A DNA stretch of 64,000 nucleotides from assembly GCA_018062965.1 (NCBI GenBank), contig JAGORG010000005.1:604-64603 (forward strand). Direction: 5' to 3'. The position numbers were made by a program, and so were the translations under genes. Positions 18,147-26,975 of the stretch are shown piece after piece. The notes beneath the pieces are model-generated. The model did no database searches. It worked only from the letters and a program-made list of their open reading frames with translations, and had not been told where the DNA came from. The stretch comes from Minisyncoccota bacterium. Its GTDB lineage: Bacteria > Patescibacteriota > Minisyncoccia > Phycocordibacterales > UBA5272. Position 1 is the first letter of the stretch, and every line of letters starts with the position of its first letter.

Positions 18147-19001
18147 ATGGATTGGGTGTTCTATTCGATTATAGCCGCTATAACAGTCGGTATCTCTGTG
18201 GCATTGTTTAAAATGCCAACATTTAAAGGTTATAGTTCTCTTCACTCAACATTCTGGGTAAACATCTTTTCGCTCACAGTTGCTCTTATCGTATTCTTTG
18301 CTTTTACGGACGAAATACCGCTCACTACTATCTCTTGGTACGGGCTGATTTGGGGTGTGTTATTCGCTTTTACAACAGCCCAGCAGAAAATCTTATTAGG
18401 AAGAATGGAAACTAATATACTACTTCCTGTTACGTCATCGTTAAGCAACGTTCTTACAGTTTTCGCAGGAATTTTTATATTTTCTGAACAGTTATCTGGT
18501 CTTCAGTACGTTGCTACACTAATTATTCTTTTGTGCACCTTTCTATATTCTAGAAAGAAAGGAGGGCTAATACTCAATAGGTATGCAGTATTGTTTGGGC
18601 TTGGGATAATTATCTCTTCTACACTTGGTAAAGTTGTTCAGAAAACCGGAGCGGTACATGAATCAATTATTCATTTTGCAGTTTATCAGTATATAGGGGC
18701 AACTATATGTGCTTTTTTGCTTGTGTATTTGTTTCAGCCTTCTTCTTTAAAGCGACTACATAAAATTGAGGATACATGGAAAATCTCACTCGTAGCTGGT
18801 TTGTTTATGGCTATTGCTGGGTATGCATTTCTTTTAGCACTTGCCTCAGGTCCTCTCGCTGGAGTGTACTTGATAGCAGGGGCGTATACATTTGTAGCGG
18901 CACTTTTTGGAGTCTGGCTATACAAAGAAAAACTCACTAGGTATAAACTTTTTCTTATGGCGCTCGCATTCATCGGTATTATTCTCATGAAAATAGGGTA
19001 A
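18147..19001 (+). CDS. EamA/DMT-family-like 10-TM membrane transporter
   Basis: 284 aa with about 10 hydrophobic helices arranged in two halves. The start overlaps the gyrA stop. Confidence 0.5.
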   Translation: MDWVFYSIIAAITVGISVALFKMPTFKGYSSLHSTFWVNIFSLTVALIVFFAFTDEIPLTTISWYGLIWGVLFAFTTAQQKILLGRMETNILLPVTSSLSNVLTVFAGIFIFSEQLSGLQYVATLIILLCTFLYSRKKGGLILNRYAVLFGLGIIISSTLGKVVQKTGAVHESIIHFAVYQYIGATICAFLLVYLFQPSSLKRLHKIEDTWKISLVAGLFMAIAGYAFLLALASGPLAGVYLIAGAYTFVAALFGVWLYKEKLTRYKLFLMALAFIGIILMKIG

Positions 19002-19069
19002 AGTTTTTTATTCGTTCTGTGTAGTACCCACTAGTAACTATCAACTATTACCTATAAACTAGGTTTATT

Positions 19070-19591
19070 ATGTTTATTACTCCAGATCATCTTGTGCGGG
19101 AAATGTATTTGAAGCCAGGGGACAAGGTTGCAGATATTGGCTGTGGGACTGGTGCGTATACGATAGCACTCGCTCGCGAAGTGGGCGATATCGGACAGGT
19201 CTATGCAGTTGATGTGCACCGAGACATCTTGCATACCCTTGCAGGTACTCTTGCGAAACAGAACCTGCTAAACGTCGATGTTGTGTGGGCAGATATCGAA
19301 AAGAGTATTCCAATAGACAAGTACAGTCTTGATGCAGTTGTTGTATCAAATGTATTGTTCCAGCTTGAGGATGTCGATAGCGCACTACGTACGATTCACG
19401 AAATATTAAAACCAGAAGGTCAGATGCTCATCGTCGAATGGAGTAAATCTCATGGAGGTATTGGTCCACATACAGATCATGTTGTAGAAGAGTCTCGCGC
19501 TGAAGAATTGGCAAAGAAACACAACTTTAGAATCCTCAAGCGTCTTCCAGCTGGGGACTATCATTATGCGTTTGTGGCACTTTCTGTGTAA
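19070..19591 (+). CDS. Class I SAM-dependent methyltransferase
   Basis: Motif I VADIGCGTGAYTIALA, acidic post-I residue (YAVDV), and motif II-like VVVSNVL. Confidence 0.8.
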   Translation: MFITPDHLVREMYLKPGDKVADIGCGTGAYTIALAREVGDIGQVYAVDVHRDILHTLAGTLAKQNLLNVDVVWADIEKSIPIDKYSLDAVVVSNVLFQLEDVDSALRTIHEILKPEGQMLIVEWSKSHGGIGPHTDHVVEESRAEELAKKHNFRILKRLPAGDYHYAFVALSV

Positions 19592-19601
19592 ACTCTAAAG
19601 T

Positions 19602-20903
19602 ATGTCAATGTTCAAAATCATAATCTTTGGTGCAGCAATTGTTGCTGCGCTCCTGGCGATACTTATTTTCTCTGGGCGTATTCCAATCGGGGATGATGGA
19701 ACGATTGCTCCTACGGGACAGATATCGATGTGGGGAACTATTCCTGCAAACAGTGTTGGTCCAATCATTGGAGACTTTAATATTGAAGCACAAACCTATT
19801 CAGTTGGTTACCGTTATATACAAGAGTCAGATTTTTCACAGACACTCATTGAAGCGCTCGCAAACGGTGCGGGCCCTGATATGATTCTAGCCCCACATCA
19901 GATACTTTTAGAACAAGCTTCAAAAATTACACCATTTCCTGTGGCTTCGTTTAGCGACAAAGCATTTAAGGATAGGTATGTTGATGGTGCGAGTATCTTG
20001 CTAACTCCGCAAGGGTCTCTTGGGCTACCTGTTGCAATTGAACCTATGGTGCTGTTTTTCAACAGAACTATTTTGGCAAAGCGTGGAGTAGCAACTCCTC
20101 CTGTGTACTGGGATGATGTCACAACACTCGCTCCGACGTTGACACTTCTTTCACCAAGTCAGACACTTACTGAAAGCGCTATCGCGCTCGGTGCATATGG
20201 AAATGTTCCTCACGCAAAAGAAATTATCATGACGTTTATTTCTCAGCTCGGACAGTTTCCTGTGTTTAAATCTACCGAGTCAAACGTATACGAAGTGCTC
20301 GCTAATCAGCCTGTTGCAAAAGATGGAGATATACTGCCGCTAACAACAGCGCTTAGGTTTTATATGCAATTCGTAGACACAACTAAATCTACGTATACAT
20401 GGAATCAGTTTATGCAAAACGCACAAGATGCATTCGTTGCAGAGAAACTCGCACTATATATCGGGTATCTCGGTGAGGGTAAAGTGATACGTGAGAGAAA
20501 TCAAAAAGCAGATATCGACATGACGTACCTACCTCAAATCAAAGGGTATGACACATTTTCGACAAGTATGAAGTTACATGCAATTGCTACACTAAAGTCA
20601 ACCAAAAACATGAACGCTTCATTTGCTGCTCAAGCAGGACTGGCAAGTAGCAAATGGACAAGCCCGCTCGCTGCCAATATGGGAGTTGTTCCTGCAGAAA
20701 GGTCGTACTTTGCACAGCAGGGTGTTTCTGAAATTGTACGCAAGAGTACGCTCGTTGCACGAGGGTGGCAAGATATACAGCCTTCAAAGTCAAACGAACT
20801 TGTGCGAAGGATGGTAGAAGAGGTGACAAGTGGTAAAACATCCGTCACAGATGCCGCTCTATTGTTTGTAACCCGTCTCCAGTCCTTGTATACTGGATTC
20901 TAA
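19602..20903 (+). CDS. Membrane-anchored extracellular solute-binding protein-like (family 1/MalE-like fold)
   Basis: An N-terminal TM anchor is followed by GAGPDMILAPHQILLEQASKITPF...LGLPVAIEPMVLFFNRTILAKRGVATPPVYWDDV, which resembles the SBP family 1 core (G.aPDv...h..l.e.a....L.pl / lYyNkdl...g...P.tWde). No ABC permease or ATPase gene is adjacent. Confidence 0.5.
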   Translation: MSMFKIIIFGAAIVAALLAILIFSGRIPIGDDGTIAPTGQISMWGTIPANSVGPIIGDFNIEAQTYSVGYRYIQESDFSQTLIEALANGAGPDMILAPHQILLEQASKITPFPVASFSDKAFKDRYVDGASILLTPQGSLGLPVAIEPMVLFFNRTILAKRGVATPPVYWDDVTTLAPTLTLLSPSQTLTESAIALGAYGNVPHAKEIIMTFISQLGQFPVFKSTESNVYEVLANQPVAKDGDILPLTTALRFYMQFVDTTKSTYTWNQFMQNAQDAFVAEKLALYIGYLGEGKVIRERNQKADIDMTYLPQIKGYDTFSTSMKLHAIATLKSTKNMNASFAAQAGLASSKWTSPLAANMGVVPAERSYFAQQGVSEIVRKSTLVARGWQDIQPSKSNELVRRMVEEVTSGKTSVTDAALLFVTRLQSLYTGF

Positions 20904-20911
20904 TAGCATGT

Positions 20912-21649
20912 ATGACTCCGCGCTTTATCATATCTAACATCTTGGTTGCTCTCGTGCTTGTATTTGGTGGCGCGCATGCCGTCTTGGCTCAAGGCACAAC
21001 AGCGCCGCTTTCTGGGGATTCTGTATGTGGTAGTAGTACATCAACAATATGTAACCTTAAAGGTGACTTAGGAAATGTTATTCGTAATGCACTTGCGTTT
21101 TTTATAAAAATTGCAGTGCTATTTATGATTGTTATGTTTATGTGGACGGGGGTTATGCTCGCGATCTCTCGAGATAAAGCGGTTGCTTTAAAAGAAGCAA
21201 AAGGAAGTCTCGCTCGAGTTATTGTTGGCATATCTCTTGTAAGCATTGTTGCAACTGTCGGAACATATCTACTGCTACTTCAGTTTGCTGGGGTTAATGC
21301 GAACATCTTGCAGTTTATTGGTTCACTGTTTGCGTTTGTTCCAGGGGCATTTGTGATGCATGCATATGCGCAAGAGACAGCTTCATTATTGCCTAATGCT
21401 CTTGGTGTGACGGACTTGTACGATTTTTTGTTACTACTCATTCGTCTATTTGTCAGGTGGTTTGTATTTCCTGCCCTTGTATTTGCATGGCTCTATACTG
21501 GGCTACAGTTTGTATTTGCCCAAGGTAATCCTGGGAAAATAAAGGAAGCTCGTACATGGCTGTTGTGGGTGTTTATTGCAACGTTTATCATCATGTTATC
21601 TGAAGCGTTTGCGTTTGCTCTACGTTCGACTATTAACCAAATATTTTAA
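20912..21649 (+). CDS. VirB2/TrbC-like pilin-family membrane protein, an internally duplicated two-hairpin form (pilin paralog 1 of 4)
   Basis: A signal peptide (ALVLVFGGAHAVLAQG) is followed by two copies of a TM-loop-TM unit (IKIAVLFMIVMFMWTGVMLAISRDKAVALKEAKGSL...IVGISLVSIVATVGTYLLLL, then FVFPALVFAWLYTGLQFVFAQGNPGKIKEARTWLLWVFIATFIIMLSEA). Confidence 0.5.
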   Translation: MTPRFIISNILVALVLVFGGAHAVLAQGTTAPLSGDSVCGSSTSTICNLKGDLGNVIRNALAFFIKIAVLFMIVMFMWTGVMLAISRDKAVALKEAKGSLARVIVGISLVSIVATVGTYLLLLQFAGVNANILQFIGSLFAFVPGAFVMHAYAQETASLLPNALGVTDLYDFLLLLIRLFVRWFVFPALVFAWLYTGLQFVFAQGNPGKIKEARTWLLWVFIATFIIMLSEAFAFALRSTINQIF

Positions 21650-21657
21650 TACCACTT

Positions 21658-22308
21658 ATGTCTCGCTTACTCACTCTTTGTTCATCGCTTATCCTTGCTT
21701 GCGGTGTCGCATACGCTCAGACGTCATTTACTGGGCTTAAAGGGTTTATCGATAGTATCACCACAAATATCGTTGCGTCTCTCGGGTATTTAGCACTTGC
21801 CTCAGCTACTGTAGTGTTTTTCTTTGGTATTGTGCAGTTTATTTGGGCAGCACGCAGTGGGGAAGCAAAAGCGATGGAAGAGGGAAAGAGCTTTATGGTG
21901 TGGGGACTCATCGCACTCTTTGTGATGTTCTCTGTATGGGGAATAGTTCGGTTTGCGCAGGAGGCTATCGGTAGTAGGTACTTCCAAGATGGAGATATTA
22001 TTGTCCCAAGGATTCGTTTTGGAGACAGTGGTGGTAGCACTAGCCAGCAACAGACTAGTCCACTTGGTACCGGAGGTCAGTCTACAACAGGAACTGCTTC
22101 TCGGGCAGATGGTACACCGTGCGCATACTATCCAGGCGATCCAGATGGTGGTGTGTATAGGAATGGTCAATGTGTTTTGAAACCAGCTGAACGACAACAT
22201 ACCACATGCTTAGCTTTCGGTGTTGGAACTGGGTGTACTGGCACAAATGCCGCAGGGACTACATTTTCTGGTAAATGTAACACGTTTAATCAATGTGTAC
22301 CTCAGTAA
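21658..22308 (+). CDS. VirB2/TrbC-like pilin-family protein with a Gly/Thr/Cys-rich C-terminal extension (paralog 2)
   Basis: A signal peptide (LILACGVAYAQT) is followed by ATVVFFFGIVQFIWAARSGEAKAMEEGKSFMVWGLIALFVMFSVWGIVRFAQEAIG, which is paralogous to the next gene. It is then followed by GSTSQQQTSPLGTGGQSTTGT and an 8-Cys tail. Confidence 0.55.
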   Translation: MSRLLTLCSSLILACGVAYAQTSFTGLKGFIDSITTNIVASLGYLALASATVVFFFGIVQFIWAARSGEAKAMEEGKSFMVWGLIALFVMFSVWGIVRFAQEAIGSRYFQDGDIIVPRIRFGDSGGSTSQQQTSPLGTGGQSTTGTASRADGTPCAYYPGDPDGGVYRNGQCVLKPAERQHTTCLAFGVGTGCTGTNAAGTTFSGKCNTFNQCVPQ

Positions 22309-22377
22309 TTAATAGTGTTCACAAGCTTCTTGCACATATTGTCTAACGAGCTATACTTATACGTATAACCAAATATT

Positions 22378-22743
22378 ATGAAAAAACTACTTATCACTTT
22401 ATCACTTGGAGCATCGACACTTGCGGTTGCATTTGCTCAGGCTGCACCTGCTCAAAACCTTAAAGCGCTTATCGCTACAGTTCAAACAATTGTAACTCAG
22501 CTCCTTCCGCTTTCTGTAGGACTTGCTGTTGTTGCATTCTTCTTTGGGCTTGTGATGTTTATCGTCAAAGGCCGTGAAGGAGCAGAACATGCAAAGTGGC
22601 TTCAGTTTATGGGTATGTCTATCCTCGCACTTTTTGTGATGGTATCTATTTGGGGACTCGTAGCATTTATTAATGGAGTGTTTGGTATTACTTCAGGTGG
22701 AACTGCTCCAGAGATTGGAATTCCATCAGGCCCTAGAAACTAA
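22378..22743 (+). CDS. VirB2/TrbC-like pilin (paralog 3): a cleavable signal peptide followed by two TM helices separated by a short charged loop
   Basis: MKKLLITLSLGASTLAVAFAQA | ...LSVGLAVVAFFFGLVMFIVKGREGAEHAKWLQFMGMSILALFVMVSIWGLVAFINGVFG. The promoter TTGCAC-16-TATACT lies at 22330-22357, and a terminator lies at 22772-22795. Confidence 0.6.
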   Translation: MKKLLITLSLGASTLAVAFAQAAPAQNLKALIATVQTIVTQLLPLSVGLAVVAFFFGLVMFIVKGREGAEHAKWLQFMGMSILALFVMVSIWGLVAFINGVFGITSGGTAPEIGIPSGPRN

Positions 22744-22771
22744 CTATAAAGTTAGTGGTGTACATACAAAC

Positions 22772-22795
22772 ATGACCCGAAAGGGTCATTTTTGT
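22772..22795 (+). terminator. Rho-independent terminator after pilin paralog 3
   Basis: ATGACCC-gaaa-GGGTCAT followed by TTTTTG. Confidence 0.6.
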
Positions 22796-22811
22796 ATGAT
22801 ATACTTTTTGC

Positions 22812-23117
22812 ATGCAAGATATCAGCATGACATCAACCATCACAGATGGAGAGGCTATTTTTGAAAACGTCGTAACGTATCTCTTGTCTCCAATCTTTCA
22901 GCTTATTGTAGGTATTGCGGTCGTTTATTTTTTTTATGGTGTTGTGATGTTCCTCCTTTCTTTTAATAAAACAGGTGGAGGGGATGGTGAATCTATGAGT
23001 AAAGAGCAAGGCAAGAAGCATTTGGTGTACGGCTTGTTTGGGTTAATTATCATTTTCTCAATCAACGGCATCCTTATCATCATCAACGAGCTAGTTGGAG
23101 GGCTTTTCCAGTATTAA
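22812..23117 (+). CDS. VirB2/TrbC-like pilin-family protein with no obvious signal peptide (paralog 4)
   Basis: LIVGIAVVYFFYGVVMFLLSFNKTGGGDGESMSKEQGKKHLVYGLFGLIIIFSINGILIIINELVGG has the same TM-charged loop-TM layout and shares the FF.G.V.F motif with paralogs 2 and 3. TGaTATACT lies 6 nt before the ATG. Confidence 0.5.
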   Translation: MQDISMTSTITDGEAIFENVVTYLLSPIFQLIVGIAVVYFFYGVVMFLLSFNKTGGGDGESMSKEQGKKHLVYGLFGLIIIFSINGILIIINELVGGLFQY

Positions 23118-23142
23118 TTGCTCTGTGGTAGAATCAAACATC

Positions 23143-24519
23143 ATGACAGAACCTAAAAAAGTACCAGATATGGAAGCAATCGTCTCGCTCTGTAAGCGCA
23201 GGGGGTTTATTTTCCCTGGTTCTGAGATTTATGGAGGTCTCGCAGGAACGTGGGACTACGGACCATACGGTGTAGCACTTCGTAACAATATTAAAACGAT
23301 GTGGTGGAAATTCTTTGTTGATGGACGTACTGATATGTATGGAGTAGACGCCGCAATTCTCATGAATCAAAATGTTTGGAAATCTTCAGGGCATGTTGGC
23401 GGCTTCAATGATCCTCTTGTGGAAGACATTAAAACCAAGAAGCGCTATCGCGCTGACCATCTTCTCGAAGACGCAGGCATTGACCCAAAAGGGATGACTG
23501 TAGCTGCGATGGATGCGCTTATCAAGGAAAAGAAACTACAGAGTCCAGATAAAAATCCTCTTGGTGATGTGCGACAGTTTAATATGATGTTTGCAACCAA
23601 AACTGGTGCAGCAGATGACGATTCGGCTACTGTATATCTTCGCCCAGAAACAGCGCAAGGAATGTTTGTGAACTTTAAAAATATTCTAGACACATTTCAT
23701 CCGCGTCTTCCATTTGGTATGGCGCAAATCGGTAAAGCGTTTCGTAATGAAATTGCGCCGGGGAATTTTATCTTTCGACTTCGTGAACTTGAGCAGATGG
23801 AGATTGAATATTTCGTAAAACCAGATGAGTGGAGAAAGTCATTTGATGAACTTCTCGCATTACAAAAAGAATTTCTTATAAACCTTGGATTGCCTGAATC
23901 AAAAATTCATCAAGTGGAAATTCCAGAAGCTGACCGTGCTCACTACTCAAAGTGGAGTGTTGACACAGAATTTGATTTTCCGATTGGACAAAAAGAACTT
24001 CTTGGAATTGCGTACCGCACTGATTTTGATCTTAACGCTCACAAAACTGGATCAGGAGTTGATCTCTCCTTTTTTGATGAGGAAACAAAAGAACGCTATG
24101 TTCCACATTGTGTAGAGCCGACGTTTGGACTCGACCGTCTTATGCTTGCAGTACTATCATCTGTCTATGATGAAGAAGAGGTTGAAGGGGAAACTCGTAC
24201 CGTGCTTCGCTTCAAACCAACAGTGGCCCCAGTTCAAGTTGCAGTGCTCCCACTTTCAAAGAAAGAAGAGCTCAGTGTTCCTGCACAAAAAATTGCCCAG
24301 GATTTGAAGAAAATAGCACGTGTCGCATACGACGAAACTCAGTCAATTGGTAAGCGCTATCGTCGACAGGACGAGATTGGTACACCATTTTGCGTGACGG
24401 TTGACTTTGACACACTCGAAGACAACGCGGTAACTGTGCGTGACCGAGACACTATGAAGCAGGAGCGTGTCCCTGTATCTGAGCTTGCTTCATATATTGC
24501 TGCTAAAATAGCTGCATAA
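23143..24519 (+). CDS. glyQS: Glycine--tRNA ligase (dimeric alpha2 type)
   Basis: The N-terminus LCKRRGFIFPGSEIYGGLAGTWDYGPYGVALRNNIK is typical of alpha2-type GlyRS, together with class II aaRS motifs and a C-terminal anticodon-binding domain. The ATG at 23143 (MTEPKK) is the likely start. Confidence 0.9.
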   Translation: MTEPKKVPDMEAIVSLCKRRGFIFPGSEIYGGLAGTWDYGPYGVALRNNIKTMWWKFFVDGRTDMYGVDAAILMNQNVWKSSGHVGGFNDPLVEDIKTKKRYRADHLLEDAGIDPKGMTVAAMDALIKEKKLQSPDKNPLGDVRQFNMMFATKTGAADDDSATVYLRPETAQGMFVNFKNILDTFHPRLPFGMAQIGKAFRNEIAPGNFIFRLRELEQMEIEYFVKPDEWRKSFDELLALQKEFLINLGLPESKIHQVEIPEADRAHYSKWSVDTEFDFPIGQKELLGIAYRTDFDLNAHKTGSGVDLSFFDEETKERYVPHCVEPTFGLDRLMLAVLSSVYDEEEVEGETRTVLRFKPTVAPVQVAVLPLSKKEELSVPAQKIAQDLKKIARVAYDETQSIGKRYRRQDEIGTPFCVTVDFDTLEDNAVTVRDRDTMKQERVPVSELASYIAAKIAA

Positions 24520-24564
24520 ATAAAAGTTGCCAAAACCCTGTAAATAGAGTATAATTCCAAAACT

Positions 24565-24726
24565 ATGTCAAAGATCCAGGACAATCTCATCATCATCAAA
24601 AACAAGGAAACTGGTGAGGTTTATCATACCCGCAAAAACAAAAGAAAGGTAACTCGTAAAATCGAGCTCAAGAAATACTCAAAGAAACTTCGAAAGCATA
24701 TAACTTTCAAGGAATCAAAGAAGTAG
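24565..24726 (+). CDS. rpmG: 50S ribosomal protein L33 (zinc-free form)
   Basis: MSKIQDNLIIIKNKETGEVYHTRKNKRKVTRKIELKKYSKKLRKHITFKESKK (53 aa) matches the bL33 pattern (IIxLxCxxxxxxxYxTxKNKRNxPxRLELKKYxPxxRKHxxHKExK). The ORF is below the ORF-track size cut-off and I found it by eye. TATAAT lies 9 nt upstream. Confidence 0.8.
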   Translation: MSKIQDNLIIIKNKETGEVYHTRKNKRKVTRKIELKKYSKKLRKHITFKESKK

Positions 24727-24794
24727 TAAAATCTACTTTCAACAAAAACCTGTGCATCGCACAGGTTTTTGTTTTGTGTTAGAATCGTACGCAC

Positions 24795-24865
24795 GGGCCT
24801 ATAGTTTAGTGGTAGAACAACGGCCTCCAAATCCGTTGGTCGAGGTTCGATTCCTCGTGGGCCCG
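24795..24865 (+). tRNA. trnW: tRNA-Trp (anticodon CCA)
   Basis: GGGCCTATAGTTTAGTGGTAGAACAACGGCCTCCAAATCCGTTGGTCGAGGTTCGATTCCTCGTGGGCCCG folds as a 7-bp acceptor stem (one G-U pair), a D arm GTTT/GAAC, an anticodon loop CUCCAAA, a T arm CGAGG-TTCGATT-CCTCG and discriminator G. No 3' CCA is encoded. There is one mismatch at positions 31-39. Confidence 0.8.
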
Positions 24866-24873
24866 CAGAAAAC

Positions 24874-24907
24874 AAAATCCCTGGATTTAATCCAGGGATT
24901 TTGTTTT
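24874..24907 (+). terminator. Rho-independent terminator after rpmG and tRNA-Trp
   Basis: AAAATCCCTGGAT-ttaa-ATCCAGGGATTTT followed by GTTTTCC. Confidence 0.75.
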
Positions 24908-24995
24908 CCAGGGTTCACAGAAAGTGAACCGCTTCACTTTTGTGAGGATAGGGGGTTTTTCCAAATAAAAATCGCAGCGACGCTGCGATAATGCT

Positions 24996-25343
24996 TCATT
25001 TTGTTTTCCTGTCGTTTGGGTTAAACGGAGGAGAGTTGATGGCGAGAAGTCTGAGCTGCTTTTTCCCCTCAACTTCCCAAAAGTACTCCTCTCCCTTTTT
25101 AATGGAGATGATATCTCCTGGTTTAACTCGGGTTTGAACGTTACCTGCTCGATGTAACCAGCCTTTCCCACTGAGTACGGCAACGACCATGTCAGATGTT
25201 AAACAGCTGTATCCTTCAGTCGGATATCTTGTTGTTACATATGCAATGGCAATGCTCATCGATGTGATATCGAGAGGGATTTCAGCTAGTGCAAAGTTTC
25301 CTGAGAAGACGTACGGCTTTTGCGTAATATGATGATTTTCCAT
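24996..25343 (-). CDS. Cupin-domain protein
   Basis: A 115-aa beta-barrel pattern (VAVLSGKGWLHRAGNVQTRVKPGDIISIKKGEEYFWEV) typical of cupin_2. Confidence 0.5.
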   Translation of the reverse strand: MENHHITQKPYVFSGNFALAEIPLDITSMSIAIAYVTTRYPTEGYSCLTSDMVVAVLSGKGWLHRAGNVQTRVKPGDIISIKKGEEYFWEVEGKKQLRLLAINSPPFNPNDRKTK

Positions 25344-25440
25344 GGAGCCTCCTTGAACAATTTGACGTTATTCTACTCTTTCTCGAAATTTTGGCAACCA
25401 TCCACAGAAAGATCAACGCAGAGCAAGGTATACTTCATGT

Positions 25441-26493
25441 ATGGATAAAAAACTTCGTGTTGGAATAAATGGTTTTGGGCGTATTGGAAGGGCTTTCTTT
25501 AAAGTTGCTTCAATGCGAGACGATATGGAGGTTGTTGCAGTGAACGATCTTGGTGATATTCACAACCTTGCATATCTTCTTCAATATGACACGGTATACA
25601 AAGTGGCTCCGTATGATGTGCACGCAGAAGTTCATGAAGATGAACAATATATCGTCACAGAAGGCGATGTTGATGCTCGGGTGCGAGTGTTTCAGGAAAA
25701 AGATCCAAGTGCTATTCCGTGGGGTACTCTTAATGTGGATGTGGTTGTAGAATCAACTGGGTTATTTACGGCGTATGATAAAGCATCAGCTCATCTTGTT
25801 GGTGGCGCAAAGCGAGTGGTTATATCTGCTCCTGCAAAGTCCGGTGAAGATGTAAGCGTGAAGGGCGAAACTATTTTGCTTGGAGTAAACGAAGAAAAAT
25901 TTGGCACATGTGATGTTACTTCAAATGCATCATGTACAACAAACGCATCATCTCCTGTGATTGCTATTTTAGATGAAGCTATCGGTATCGAAAAAGCTAT
26001 TCTTAACACGGTGCACTCATACACCGCATCGCAGTCAATTGTGGACGGTCCAAACAAAAAAGATTTTCGTGAGGGACGTGCCGCAGCGCAAAATATCGTA
26101 CCGTCTTCAACCGGAGCTGCTATTGCTGTGACAAAAGCTTTTACAGCTCTTGAAGGGCTGTTTGATGGTATTTCTATTCGTGTACCAACTCCGGCTGGAT
26201 CTATTGCTGATATTACATTTATCTCGAAGCGTCCAACAACTGTAGAAGAGGTGAATCAAATACTAAAAGATGCATCACTCACAGAAAGGTGGTCAACTAT
26301 TTTTCAAGCAACAGAAGAAGAGCTTGTATCGAGCGATATCATAGGGCTCCCATATGCTTCTATCGCAGACCTAAAAATGACACGTGTTGTTGGTGGAAAT
26401 TTGGTCAAAGTCCTCGCGTGGTATGATAATGAAATGGGGTACACGCACACATTGGTAGAACATGTAGCAAAAGTGGGTGCAACTATACGTTAA
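25441..26493 (+). CDS. gap: Glyceraldehyde-3-phosphate dehydrogenase
   Basis: VGINGFGRIGR NAD-binding N-terminus and the catalytic ASCTTNA. A TATACT box lies 6 nt before the ATG. Confidence 0.95.
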   Translation: MDKKLRVGINGFGRIGRAFFKVASMRDDMEVVAVNDLGDIHNLAYLLQYDTVYKVAPYDVHAEVHEDEQYIVTEGDVDARVRVFQEKDPSAIPWGTLNVDVVVESTGLFTAYDKASAHLVGGAKRVVISAPAKSGEDVSVKGETILLGVNEEKFGTCDVTSNASCTTNASSPVIAILDEAIGIEKAILNTVHSYTASQSIVDGPNKKDFREGRAAAQNIVPSSTGAAIAVTKAFTALEGLFDGISIRVPTPAGSIADITFISKRPTTVEEVNQILKDASLTERWSTIFQATEEELVSSDIIGLPYASIADLKMTRVVGGNLVKVLAWYDNEMGYTHTLVEHVAKVGATIR

Positions 26494-26505
26494 AACAATA
26501 CAAGT

Positions 26506-26967
26506 ATGACAATTTATCTAGCTACGGATCACGCAGGGTTTGAATTAAAAGAAAAGATTAAAATCTACCTAGAAGAGCTAGGTGGGCATGAAGTCTATGA
26601 CTGCGGAGCGCTTACCCTTGAACCAGGGGATGATTATCCAGAATATATCGCACGAGCAGCAGAAAAAGTGCAGTTTGATGCACTGCATGAACCTGCTATG
26701 GCGGTTGTGTTCGGAGGATCTGGCGTAGGTGAAGCTATTGTAGCGAATAGATTTAGACATGTGCGTGCAGTTGTGTATGCTGGCGGTCCACTTGATGTGA
26801 TTAAGCTTTCTCGAGAACATAACGATGCAAACGTACTTTCACTTGGTGCGCGATTTGTAACAGAAGCTGAAGCAAAGCAAGCGGTGGACTTATTTTTTGC
26901 TACACCGTTTTCTCATGCAGAACGTCACGCTGATCGTGTTATTCAAATTGACGATATTACACAATAG
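26506..26967 (+). CDS. rpiB: Ribose-5-phosphate isomerase B
   Basis: MTIYLATDHAGFELKEKIKIYLEELGGHEVYDCG matches the RpiB/LacAB N-terminus, about 150 aa. Confidence 0.85.
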   Translation: MTIYLATDHAGFELKEKIKIYLEELGGHEVYDCGALTLEPGDDYPEYIARAAEKVQFDALHEPAMAVVFGGSGVGEAIVANRFRHVRAVVYAGGPLDVIKLSREHNDANVLSLGARFVTEAEAKQAVDLFFATPFSHAERHADRVIQIDDITQ

Positions 26968-26975
26968 GGTTGGGT

